A stretch of 37,980 bases of DNA, taken from Candidatus Aminicenantes bacterium. GTDB lineage: Bacteria; Acidobacteriota; Aminicenantia; Aminicenantales; Aminicenantaceae. Of this stretch, positions 1-8,163 are shown piece after piece; the first letter of the stretch is position 1, and every line of letters starts with the position of its first letter. The DNA lies in NCBI GenBank assembly GCA_023135995.1, contig JAGLRY010000204.1, positions 1 to 37,980 of the forward strand, written 5' to 3'. The notes below the pieces were generated by a model, which worked only from the letters and a program-made list of their open reading frames with translations, did not search any database and was not told the DNA's origin. The position numbers and the translations under genes are program-made.

Positions 1-161
1 ACATTTTTTACCTTTCAGGCGAGCCCTCCTTTATAATAGGGTGGGTTGGCCTCGACTCGTGAATATTCCAGTTTAATGGAGTTGCGAATTGACAGAATAT
101 AGACATTCAAAGTCAGCCTGTTTAAAATAGTGTAGATATTTTTAATGAAGGAACATTCAAA

Positions 162-644
162 GTGATTGGGATTATGTCTGACTCGCATGATAATGTGGGG
201 GCGATTAAAGAGGCTGTGCGTTTTTTCAATGAGACGCAGTGTGAGTTGGTCATCCATGCCGGTGATTTTATTGCACCGTTTGCGGCTCGGGAACTGGCAG
301 ACTTGTCTTGCCCAGTGAAAGCAGTATTTGGGAACTGTGATGGAGAGAAAAAGGGATTGAAAAAAACCATCTTGTCTTTTGGCGAGATCCAGAGGGAGCC
401 ATTTATCTTTGCATATGAGAATAAAGAATTTCTGCTGACCCACACACAATTCGCGAATGAAAAGTACCTGAAGTCGGGGAAATACGATGTGATTATCTAT
501 GGTCATACCCACAAACCGGATGTCAGAAGAGTCAAAGACACTCTGATCGTCAACCCCGGTGAAACTGGAGGATGGGTGACTGGGAAAAGCACAGTGGCTC
601 TTTTGGATCCTGTTTCGCTCGAAGCGGAAATCGTGTTTCTATAA
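162..644 (+). CDS. MJ0936/YfcE-family metallophosphoesterase (phosphodiesterase)
   Basis: 160-aa ORF with a GTG start. Ordered metallophosphoesterase motifs are present: MSDSHDN, IHAGDF, GNCDGE, YGHTH. A GAAGGA Shine-Dalgarno-like sequence lies upstream. Confidence 0.8.
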   Translation: MIGIMSDSHDNVGAIKEAVRFFNETQCELVIHAGDFIAPFAARELADLSCPVKAVFGNCDGEKKGLKKTILSFGEIQREPFIFAYENKEFLLTHTQFANEKYLKSGKYDVIIYGHTHKPDVRRVKDTLIVNPGETGGWVTGKSTVALLDPVSLEAEIVFL

Positions 645-958
645 TCCCGAACGGACCGATATTTGTGTGACGTGTGTGTGCTTAAAGTCACATAGACTTG
701 ATGGGCATGAGAGACCAAAAGGACTGAACAATGCCGAGACGAATAGATAGACGCCAGAAACCGGCGTGGCAGAAGACGCGTCGATCGAAACCCCCTTTTC
801 CCAAAAAAGGTCCATCCAAAGAAGAGCGGCCTAACAGTCATCGAAAACCAAAATAACAAAACCGCCAAACGTCTTTCTATGAGAAAAGGCAAACAAAGAT
901 TTTAGAAAATTCTCTTTTTAGCACTTAAATTGAGATGTTTATGCATCATCAATGAGTA

Positions 959-987
959 TTGACAGTAAACCACTAAATCATTAATAT
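959..987 (+). promoter_or_regulatory. sigma70-type promoter for tRNA-Val (and probably thrS)
   Basis: TTGACA (959-964), an exact 17-nt spacer, then TAATAT (982-987). It sits about 20 nt upstream of the mature tRNA 5' end. Confidence 0.5.
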
Positions 988-1007
988 GTATGGGCTTGTA
1001 GGAGTGT

Positions 1008-1082
1008 AGGCGCGTAGCTCAGTGGAAGAGTGCTTCCTTGACGCGGAAGAAGTCGAGGGTTCGATCCCCTCCGCGCCTACCA
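1008..1082 (+). tRNA. tRNA-Val (anticodon GAC), CCA encoded
   Basis: Cloverleaf folded by hand. Acceptor AGGCGCG/CGCGCCT; D stem GCTC/GAGT; anticodon stem CTTCC/GGAAG with loop TTGACGC (GAC). 5-nt variable loop; T arm GAGGG-TTCGATC-CCCTC; discriminator A followed by CCA. Total 75 nt. Confidence 0.92.
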
Positions 1083-1153
1083 TTTTTTATTGTTCGGTAT
1101 TCTGAGGGACCAGCAAAGAGATTGTGCCTGCCTTTTGAATACATTAAACTGGA

Positions 1154-3076
1154 ATGAGTGGAAAAGTTAATATCAAAGTCGACGAGTCTGTACACTCGGT
1201 GGAAAAGGGGATATCTCTGTCCGATTTCTTTGCCGGCCAGGAACTGCCTCAAAAGCCCCTTTTCGCCAGAGTCGATGGGCACATGTTAGACCTGGATACG
1301 CCGTTGGATAAAGAGATGGAAGTGCAACCCATTTATGCGGGCAGCGAAGAGGCCCTGGATGTTCTCAGGCACAGTGCGGCCCATCTCCTCGCACATGCTG
1401 TGCTCGATCTTTTCCCCGAGACGCAGACGGGGATCGGGCCTGCTGTGGAGAACAGGTTCTACTATGACTTTCTTCGGGAAACCCCTTTTACTCCGGAAGA
1501 CTTGGAAAAAATCGAAGATAGGATGAGAGAGCTCTCTCAAAAAGATTTTCCCATAAAAAGACAGTATTTCTCCAAAGAGGATGCGATCGCACGATTCAGC
1601 GAATTGGGCCAGGACCTGAAGGTCGAGCTCATCCAGGAGAAAGCCGGGGAGAACGTCAGCACATACGGACAGGAGGGCTTTCTAGACTTCTGTCTCGGGC
1701 CACACGTGCCCTCTACAGGATACATCAAACACTTCAAGATCCTTTCCGCATCGGGGGCTTATTGGAAGGGAGATGAAAAAGGGAAGCAGCTCCAGCGAAT
1801 ATATGGGGCCGTCTTTTTCACCAAGAAAGAACTGGACGACTATCTTGTTATGCTGGAGGAAGCCAAGAAACGTGACCACAGGAAACTGGGTCCAGAGCTT
1901 GACCTTTTCAGCTTTAATGAACAGTTGGGTGGCGGGCTGATCCTCTGGCATCCCAAAGGAGCGGCTATACGCACTGTGATCGAGGACCACTGGCGCGAGG
2001 AGCACCAGAAGGCCGGTTATGAGTTGCTGTACTCTCCCCATGTGGCCAAGCTGGATGTGTGGCGGACAAGCGGGCATACCGAGTTTTATGATGCTTTGTA
2101 CCCTGCATTCGAAAGAGAGGGAATCGAGTACCAGCTGAAGCCCATGAACTGCCCCTTTCATATCATGGTCTACAACTCTCGCCAGCGCAGCTACCGGGAA
2201 CTTCCCCTGCGCTGGGCAGAACTCGGGACCGTCTACCGCTATGAACGCAGCGGAGTCCTGCATGGCCTGATGAGGGTCAGAGGCTTTACACAGGATGATG
2301 CCCATATTTTCTGCAGGGAGGACCAACTTGAGGACGAAATAAAGAGCACGATCGTACTGGCCGTCAAGTTTCTGACAACCTATGGTTTTGACAAGTATGA
2401 TGTGTATCTCTCGACCTGTCCGGACAAGTACTGCGGGGCATTGGGAGACTGGGATAGGGCCACAAACGCCCTGCAGAAAGCGCTGGAGGATGAAAACCTC
2501 GATTATCAGGTAGACGAAGGGGCGGGTGTTTTTTATGGGCCTAAGATCGACATCAAAATCCGGGATGCCCTGCAGCGATCCTGGCAGTGCACGACCATTC
2601 AGCTGGACTTCAATCTCCCAGAGAGGTTCGACCTGCACTATGTGGCTGAGGATGGAAAATTTCACAGGCCTTACATGATTCACAGGGCGATTCTGGGTTC
2701 GCTGGAGAGGTTCTTCGGCATCTTGATCGAGCACTACAACGGGAGTTTCCCGCTCTGGTTAGCACCGGTCCAGGTGACGGTCATTCCTATTGCAGACAGG
2801 CACAATGCCTACGCCGACACCCTTTTCCAGAAGTTCAGGGACGGAGGGATACGTGCTAAGGTTGACAGGCGGAGGGAGAAGATGGGGTATAAGATCCGGG
2901 ACGCAGAAACCCACAAGATCCCCCTCATTCTTGTCGTTGGCGATAGAGAGGTCGAGCAAGAAAAAGTATCCGTTAGAGTTCACACCTTAGGGGATCGAGG
3001 ACAGATGGATGTGAACGAATTTCTTGAAAAAACTTGGGAATTGATTAAAAATAAGTCATTGAAAACCGAACTTTAA
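1154..3076 (+). CDS. thrS: threonine--tRNA ligase
   Basis: 640 aa. It has a TGS-like N-terminus, the editing-domain motif HSAAHLLAH, and class II core motifs (YRYERSGVLHGLMRVRGFTQDDAHIF; RAILGSLERF). A C-terminal anticodon-binding domain follows. Confidence 0.95.
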   Translation: MSGKVNIKVDESVHSVEKGISLSDFFAGQELPQKPLFARVDGHMLDLDTPLDKEMEVQPIYAGSEEALDVLRHSAAHLLAHAVLDLFPETQTGIGPAVENRFYYDFLRETPFTPEDLEKIEDRMRELSQKDFPIKRQYFSKEDAIARFSELGQDLKVELIQEKAGENVSTYGQEGFLDFCLGPHVPSTGYIKHFKILSASGAYWKGDEKGKQLQRIYGAVFFTKKELDDYLVMLEEAKKRDHRKLGPELDLFSFNEQLGGGLILWHPKGAAIRTVIEDHWREEHQKAGYELLYSPHVAKLDVWRTSGHTEFYDALYPAFEREGIEYQLKPMNCPFHIMVYNSRQRSYRELPLRWAELGTVYRYERSGVLHGLMRVRGFTQDDAHIFCREDQLEDEIKSTIVLAVKFLTTYGFDKYDVYLSTCPDKYCGALGDWDRATNALQKALEDENLDYQVDEGAGVFYGPKIDIKIRDALQRSWQCTTIQLDFNLPERFDLHYVAEDGKFHRPYMIHRAILGSLERFFGILIEHYNGSFPLWLAPVQVTVIPIADRHNAYADTLFQKFRDGGIRAKVDRRREKMGYKIRDAETHKIPLILVVGDREVEQEKVSVRVHTLGDRGQMDVNEFLEKTWELIKNKSLKTEL

Positions 3077-3088
3077 AGGAGGCTAGTC

Positions 3089-3727
3089 ATTAGAAGGCGC
3101 ACATATTATCCTGGTCGAAGGAAGGAAAAACCCCACAAGATAAATGAAATGATCAGAGCAAAAGAAGTCAGAATCATCGATGAGGACAAGGAACAGATAG
3201 GCGTTAAGTCTCTGTCCGAAGCCATCGCTATTGCTCAAGATCAGGGTTTGGATCTGGTCGAGGTCGCACCGCAGGCCAATCCACCGGTATGTCGCGTTAT
3301 GGATTATGGAAAATTTCTTTACGAATTGCATAAAAAGGCTCAAGAAGCAAAGAAACATCAGAAGCAGATCCAAGTGAAAGAGATCAAATTCAGGCCCAAG
3401 ATTAGCATTCACGACTACAATTTTAAAATCCGCCATGTGAAAAGATTCCTGACGGATAGAAATAAAGTCAAGATAACCGTAATGCTTAGAGGCAGGGAAA
3501 AGGCAAAGCCGGAACTGGCTCATCGCATTTTGGATAGAGTGTTCGCAGATGTGGAGGAACTTGGAACTCAGGATGGATCTGTCCGGACGCAGCCCTGGGC
3601 TGTTTCCACCCTGTTGAGCCCAACTAAGTCGGGAGACAAAGATGCCAAAACTAAAGACACACAAGGGAGCAAAAAAGAGGTTCAAGGTAACGGGAAAAAA
3701 GAAGGTAATGCACAACAAGGCGAATAA
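3089..3727 (+). CDS. infC: translation initiation factor IF-3, with a probable ATT start
   Basis: The ORF-track ATG at 3149 would cut off the conserved N-terminus (..KINEMIRAKEVRIID, compare E. coli RINGEIRAQEVRL). The frame is open back to the thrS stop. An ATT at 3089 sits 6 nt after a perfect AAGGAGG (3076-3082). Downstream motifs PPVCRVMDYGKFLYE and KEIKFRP are typical of IF-3. Confidence 0.8.
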   Translation: MRRRTYYPGRRKEKPHKINEMIRAKEVRIIDEDKEQIGVKSLSEAIAIAQDQGLDLVEVAPQANPPVCRVMDYGKFLYELHKKAQEAKKHQKQIQVKEIKFRPKISIHDYNFKIRHVKRFLTDRNKVKITVMLRGREKAKPELAHRILDRVFADVEELGTQDGSVRTQPWAVSTLLSPTKSGDKDAKTKDTQGSKKEVQGNGKKEGNAQQGE

Positions 3728-3842
3728 AAGCCATATATTAACCAAAAAGTCAGCAAAAAGAAAAAGAAAGCTGAGAAAACAGGATCTTATCAGTCCTGCC
3801 GACCGCAGCCGGGTCAAAGCTATGCTGCCATACGACTTTTAG
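3642..3842 (+). CDS. rpmI: 50S ribosomal protein L35
   Basis: 66 aa beginning [22 protein letters not shown]..., the canonical L35 N-terminus. It occupies the infC-rpmI-rplT position. Confidence 0.93.
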   Translation: MPKLKTHKGAKKRFKVTGKKKVMHNKANKSHILTKKSAKRKRKLRKQDLISPADRSRVKAMLPYDF

Positions 3843-3936
3843 AGCAGAGGCCCTCCATTTTTCGGGAACGGCTTTTTTTAATGAATTCGCCGACAAATAT
3901 TCGTATGGACACTGGCTTCTATCGAAGGAGAACACA

Positions 3937-4293
3937 ATGCCGAGAGTAAGACGAGGAACAAAAAAAAGAAAAAGACGATCAAACATACTGAAACAAGCCA
4001 AGGGATATTGGGGAGCGAGGAGTCGCAACTACAGGACGGCTAAAGAAGCTGTCGAGCGTGCTCTCCAGTATTCCTACAGGGACAGAAGAACACGAAAGAG
4101 AGATTTTCGGAGACTTTGGATCATCCGTATTAAAGCGGCGGCCGAGAATAACGGTATCTCATACAGCCGTTTTATGCATGGATTGAAACAGCAGGACATC
4201 GAACTCGACAGGAAGATCCTAGCAGATTTGGCGGTCCATTCTCCGCAGGCCTTCCTTCAGCTGGTCCAGAGGGTCAAAGAGGCGAACGCTTGA
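3937..4293 (+). CDS. rplT: 50S ribosomal protein L20
   Basis: 118 aa beginning [29 protein letters not shown]...[19 protein letters not shown], the canonical L20 sequence. GAAGGAG Shine-Dalgarno upstream. Confidence 0.95.
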   Translation: MPRVRRGTKKRKRRSNILKQAKGYWGARSRNYRTAKEAVERALQYSYRDRRTRKRDFRRLWIIRIKAAAENNGISYSRFMHGLKQQDIELDRKILADLAVHSPQAFLQLVQRVKEANA

Positions 4294-4309
4294 CACAAAC
4301 GCAGGCCAA

Positions 4310-5344
4310 ATGAGCGGGCTGAAAGAGAAGATCGAAAAGCTTCAAGAGCGATTCGACGAAGCAATAGAGGGCATAACGGATGAGAAGGCCCTGCAAGAGG
4401 TGCGCAATCTCTACCTGAGCCGCAGTCGAGGGTCTGTGAGCTCTCTCTTCGGAGAGCTGAAGTCCCTCAAACCCGAAGAGAAACCGGATGCGGGAAAGGA
4501 GATCAACGCCCTCAAAGAGTATGTGCAGGATAAGCTCCAGGCGCTTCAAATACAGCTCAGTGGGCCCAGGGCAGTCGAAGAAATGGTGGACCTAACCCTA
4601 CCGGGTGAGGCAAGTTACATCGGATCTCCTCATCCCATCCTGATCATTCAGCAAGAGATAGAGAATATATTTTTGAGCATGGGATTTTCAGTCGAGGAGG
4701 GGCCGGAGATCGAAACAGATTATTATAACTTTGAGGCGCTCAATTTTCCCCCGCATCATCCTGCGCGCGATGATTGGGATACGCTTTATATCAACGACGA
4801 TTTTCTTCTGCGCACACACACATCACCCGTTCAGATCCGTGTAATGGAAAAGAGGAAGCCTCCTATTCGTATCATCACACCTGGCAAAGTGTTTCGTAAG
4901 GAATCGCCCGACCCCACGCATCTGCCGATGTTCTATCAGGTGGAAGGGCTGGTCGTTGACCGGGGGATCACTTTTGCCCATTTGAAGGGAACGCTGGAGA
5001 GTTTTCTCAAGATCCTCTTCCATGAGAAGACAAAGGTCAGGTTTCGGCCCAGCTTTTTCCCGTTCACTGAGCCGTCAGCTGAAGTGGATATCGGATGCAC
5101 GGTGTGTAACAGGGAAGACAGCGCCTGCCGAGTCTGTGGAGGGGGGGGATGGATCGAACTTCTCGGGTCTGGGATGGTCGACCCCCAGGTTCTCAAAAAT
5201 GTGAACATCGATCCTGAAGAATATTCAGGCTTCGCTTTTGGATTGGGCATTGACCGGGCCGCGATGTTCTTGTATCAAATTCCCGACCTCAGGTATTTTT
5301 ATGAGAATGACCTGAGGTTTATTCGACAGTTTTTACAAAAATGA
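4310..5344 (+). CDS. pheS: phenylalanine--tRNA ligase alpha subunit
   Basis: 344 aa with an N-terminal coiled coil. Class II motifs are HPARDDWDT, FRPSFFPFTEPSAEVD and GFAFGLGIDR. Confidence 0.95.
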   Translation: MSGLKEKIEKLQERFDEAIEGITDEKALQEVRNLYLSRSRGSVSSLFGELKSLKPEEKPDAGKEINALKEYVQDKLQALQIQLSGPRAVEEMVDLTLPGEASYIGSPHPILIIQQEIENIFLSMGFSVEEGPEIETDYYNFEALNFPPHHPARDDWDTLYINDDFLLRTHTSPVQIRVMEKRKPPIRIITPGKVFRKESPDPTHLPMFYQVEGLVVDRGITFAHLKGTLESFLKILFHEKTKVRFRPSFFPFTEPSAEVDIGCTVCNREDSACRVCGGGGWIELLGSGMVDPQVLKNVNIDPEEYSGFAFGLGIDRAAMFLYQIPDLRYFYENDLRFIRQFLQK

Positions 5345-7395
5345 AAATAAGTATAGATTGGCTAAAGGACTTTATCGATGTGGAGTTGTCTACCTCTCGA
5401 TTGATAGACACTCTGAACAGCATCGGCATGCTTATCGATTCATGGGAGGAACAGAAGGGAGATATCATTCTTGAACTGGAGACCTATTCCAACAGGCCAG
5501 ATACGCTCGGACACATAGGTGTGGCCCGGGAGCTGGCCGTGGCCTTGGACCTTCCCCTTAAAGAACAGGAATGGCCTCTGACGGAGGTGGATGAGAATTC
5601 CTCCGAGAATATCGATATCGAAATATTCGATGACGATCTCTGTCCTCGGTACTGTGGGATTGTGGTGAAGGATGTTAATGTCGGCCCTTCTCCGGAGTGG
5701 CTGGCAAGAAAGATCGAGGCCATGGGTTTAAGCCATATAAACAATGTTGTGGATGTTTCCAATTATGTTCTGTTTGCAACGGCCCAGCCCATTCACATGT
5801 TTGACATCTCCAAACTTTCGGGGAAAAAGATCATCGTCCGGAAGGCGAAAAAAGGAGAAGCTTTTCGGAGTCTTGAAGGAGAAGATATCAATCTGTCTCC
5901 GGATATGTTGGTCATTGCGGATGAACAGAAACCCGTCGCTCTTGCGGGTGTTATCGGCGGAGAAAACTCGGCCGTCACAGAGACAACTCGTGATATCCTC
6001 ATCGAGAGCGCACATTTTAACCCTGTCTCCGTCAGAAAAACGGGCAAAAAAACAGGCATTCAGACGGATGCCAGCTACCGGTTCGAGAGGGGATCCGATA
6101 TATCATTCCCCCCCAAGGCAGCATTGATGGCTGCGTCTTTGCTCACACAATTCGGAGGAAAAGCCACCAAGGGAATTGTAGATATCTATCCCAAGTCGAG
6201 AAAGAACAAGACAGTGATGCTGCGCCAGCGCCGTGTCAGTGAAATCCTGGGAGTGGACATTAGGAGCGATTTTATTGTTGAGACACTATCTAAGTTGGAG
6301 TTCATTTTGGAGAAGAAGCAGCAGGGTGTATGGCAAGTTCAAGTTCCCTTTTTCAGGATCGATATAGAGAGAGAGGCCGATCTTGTTGAAGAGATTGCCA
6401 GGTTTTACGGATACGAGAACATCCCTTCTGTGTTTCCTCCCCTCACCGCGATGGAACCTCCTCCGGACCCCAAGAAACGACAGATCCAGAAATGCCGTCA
6501 GGCGCTCTTTCACTATGGATTCGATGAGGTGGTGAATTACAGTTTTGCTGATCCTGAAAATGAAGAGAAGTTACAAAGTGGGCGCAAGGCTATAGCGATT
6601 AGAAATCCCATTTCCACAAAAGCATCTCTTTTAAAAACGACACTTCTTGAGGGATTGCTCGAGAACATCGCATGGAACCAGAACAGAGGGGCCGATGGGA
6701 TCCATATTTTTGAGGTGGGGAAAATCTATTTCTGGGAAGACGATGCGTGTAGCGAACAGATGTCGTTGGGGATGGCCACCGCTGGATATCTTGGGATGAA
6801 CAGCTGGCAGGAGCCTCCCATCCAGACAAACTTTTTCCATCTCAAGGGGGTATGCGAAGCCATCCTCTCTCTCTTGAGATATGAGTCTGTTGTTTTTTTG
6901 GCAGGGAAACATCCGTCTTTAGAAAAGGAGAGTGCGCTTTCGATTCTGCTGAAAGGGAAAAAAATCGGGTGTATCGGGGCTGTGCGCAGAGATATCTGCA
7001 GCTCCTTTTCCATCAGGGAACCTGTTTGGGCCGCGGAATTGGACCTCAACGGTATTTTCCAGAAACAGCCGAGGCCCTTTGAATATATCCCTGTCATCAA
7101 ATACCCGAAAGTGGTCAGGGATATTTCTTTCATTGCGGACCGAAAGATCAGCTACCAAGAGATTAAACAGACGCTGGAGGAACTTTCCATCCCCAATCTG
7201 GAGAGGTTCGAACTGTATGACCGTTTTACCGGCGTATCGATCCCCAAGGAGAAGGTGAGTTTATCTTTCCGGTTTCTGTACCATCACCCTCAAAGGACAT
7301 TGCTTGCTGAGGAAGTGGACGGTTTTCAAGAAAAAATCATCAAAACCCTTTCCAGCAAGTTCGGATTCCAACTGAGGGAAGGAGGGGAAAATTGA
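5341..7395 (+). CDS. pheT: phenylalanine--tRNA ligase beta subunit (short form lacking the B2 OB-fold)
   Basis: 684 aa with an ATGA start/stop overlap with pheS. It has the B1 N-terminus (MKISIDWLKDFI), B3/B4, B5 and a C-terminal FDX-ACB-like domain (VRDISFI...). About 100 residues are missing between B1 and the SNRPDTLGHIGVAREL segment. Confidence 0.9.
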   Translation: MKISIDWLKDFIDVELSTSRLIDTLNSIGMLIDSWEEQKGDIILELETYSNRPDTLGHIGVARELAVALDLPLKEQEWPLTEVDENSSENIDIEIFDDDLCPRYCGIVVKDVNVGPSPEWLARKIEAMGLSHINNVVDVSNYVLFATAQPIHMFDISKLSGKKIIVRKAKKGEAFRSLEGEDINLSPDMLVIADEQKPVALAGVIGGENSAVTETTRDILIESAHFNPVSVRKTGKKTGIQTDASYRFERGSDISFPPKAALMAASLLTQFGGKATKGIVDIYPKSRKNKTVMLRQRRVSEILGVDIRSDFIVETLSKLEFILEKKQQGVWQVQVPFFRIDIEREADLVEEIARFYGYENIPSVFPPLTAMEPPPDPKKRQIQKCRQALFHYGFDEVVNYSFADPENEEKLQSGRKAIAIRNPISTKASLLKTTLLEGLLENIAWNQNRGADGIHIFEVGKIYFWEDDACSEQMSLGMATAGYLGMNSWQEPPIQTNFFHLKGVCEAILSLLRYESVVFLAGKHPSLEKESALSILLKGKKIGCIGAVRRDICSSFSIREPVWAAELDLNGIFQKQPRPFEYIPVIKYPKVVRDISFIADRKISYQEIKQTLEELSIPNLERFELYDRFTGVSIPKEKVSLSFRFLYHHPQRTLLAEEVDGFQEKIIKTLSSKFGFQLREGGEN

Positions 7396-7652
7396 CAAGT
7401 GAATTAGAAAGGATTAAAATTCTTGAGGGTAAAATATCCCAAGTTGTTGATTATTTGAATAGACTGGTTGCAGAGAACGAGAGGCTTAAACAGCAAACAA
7501 AGGAACTGAAAGTGAGCAATAAGGCCCTTACGGAGAAGGAAAAAAGGGCAGATAAGCTCGACGAGAGCTTGAAAAAATATGAAAACGAAAGGGAGGTCAT
7601 AAAAGAAAAGATTGAGACTTTAATAAGCCAGATCGATCAACTCGGATTATGA
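7392..7652 (+). CDS. zapB: ZapB-like coiled-coil cell-division protein
   Basis: 86 aa with a TTG start that overlaps the pheT TGA as TTGA. A strong GGAAGGAGGGG Shine-Dalgarno lies upstream. The protein is continuous heptad coiled coil (LERIKILEGKISQVVDYLNRLVAENERLKQQ) resembling ZapB, and it sits directly upstream of zapA. Confidence 0.55.
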   Translation: MTSELERIKILEGKISQVVDYLNRLVAENERLKQQTKELKVSNKALTEKEKRADKLDESLKKYENEREVIKEKIETLISQIDQLGL

Positions 7653-7975
7653 TTGACAAAATAATCGAGATAGAGATTTACAGACAGAAATATAGGATTA
7701 AAGTCAAAGGAGAAGAGGATGAGAAGTACATAAGTCATCTTACTTCGTACGTTGATCAAAAAATGCGAGAAGTTGCTGTCAAATCAAAATCTGTCGATTC
7801 GTTAAAGATAGCGGTTCTTGCCGCGCTGAATATAGCGGATGAGTTTTTCCTTTCCCAAAAGAAACTGGATCAACTCAACGAAGTAATAGGGCATATGGAG
7901 AGTGAAATAGAAGGTTTGGAGGTTTTCCTAAAAAAAGATTCAAAGGCATTCGATAAAATCGGTGAAGCAACATAA
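7649..7975 (+). CDS. zapA: cell division protein ZapA
   Basis: 108 aa. The pattern IEIYRQKYRIKVKGEEDEKYISHLTSYVDQKMREV...LKIAVLAALNIADEF matches the ZapA fold. It has an ATGA overlap with the upstream gene, and a position after pheT is common for zapA. Confidence 0.8.
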   Translation: MIDKIIEIEIYRQKYRIKVKGEEDEKYISHLTSYVDQKMREVAVKSKSVDSLKIAVLAALNIADEFFLSQKKLDQLNEVIGHMESEIEGLEVFLKKDSKAFDKIGEAT

Positions 7976-8163
7976 TAGATTGATGGCTAAGGGTAGAGGA
8001 AAAAATACAGAACTTGCCCTGGGAAAAAAATGAAAAGACCCAAAAGAGAACACTGGCTAAGGAACCCATCACAGAAGTTTCTCTTAGCACAACAACTGAT
8101 TGAGTGAGCTTTTTTAACCCTCCTTACTTTCATCTCCTTTGACCCCAATAGGAGGTGGTCAAA

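Noticed and set aside
15-892. Minus-strand ORFs 15..512, 122..445 and 503..892.
   Set aside because: The first two overlap the well-supported metallophosphoesterase gene. The third extends from that gene into the spacer and has no family resemblance or ribosome-binding site.
1019-1282. An 87-aa minus-strand ORF.
   Set aside because: It overlaps tRNA-Val and the thrS start, so it is spurious.
1682-2734. A 350-aa antisense ORF inside thrS. Similar long antisense ORFs occur at 8520..9083, 16925..17641, 20402..20971, 21620..22255, 25580..26113, 26681..27205, 27660..28208, 28391..28957 and 29521..30165.
   Set aside because: All lie wholly within strongly supported genes on the other strand and have no motifs. 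They are typical shadow ORFs.
3843-3936. A T-run (GGCTTTTTTTA) and possible regulatory structure in the rpmI-rplT spacer.
   Set aside because: The preceding stem is only a weak CCC/GGG pairing with a 10-nt loop. That is not a convincing intrinsic terminator or L20-binding mimic from the sequence alone.
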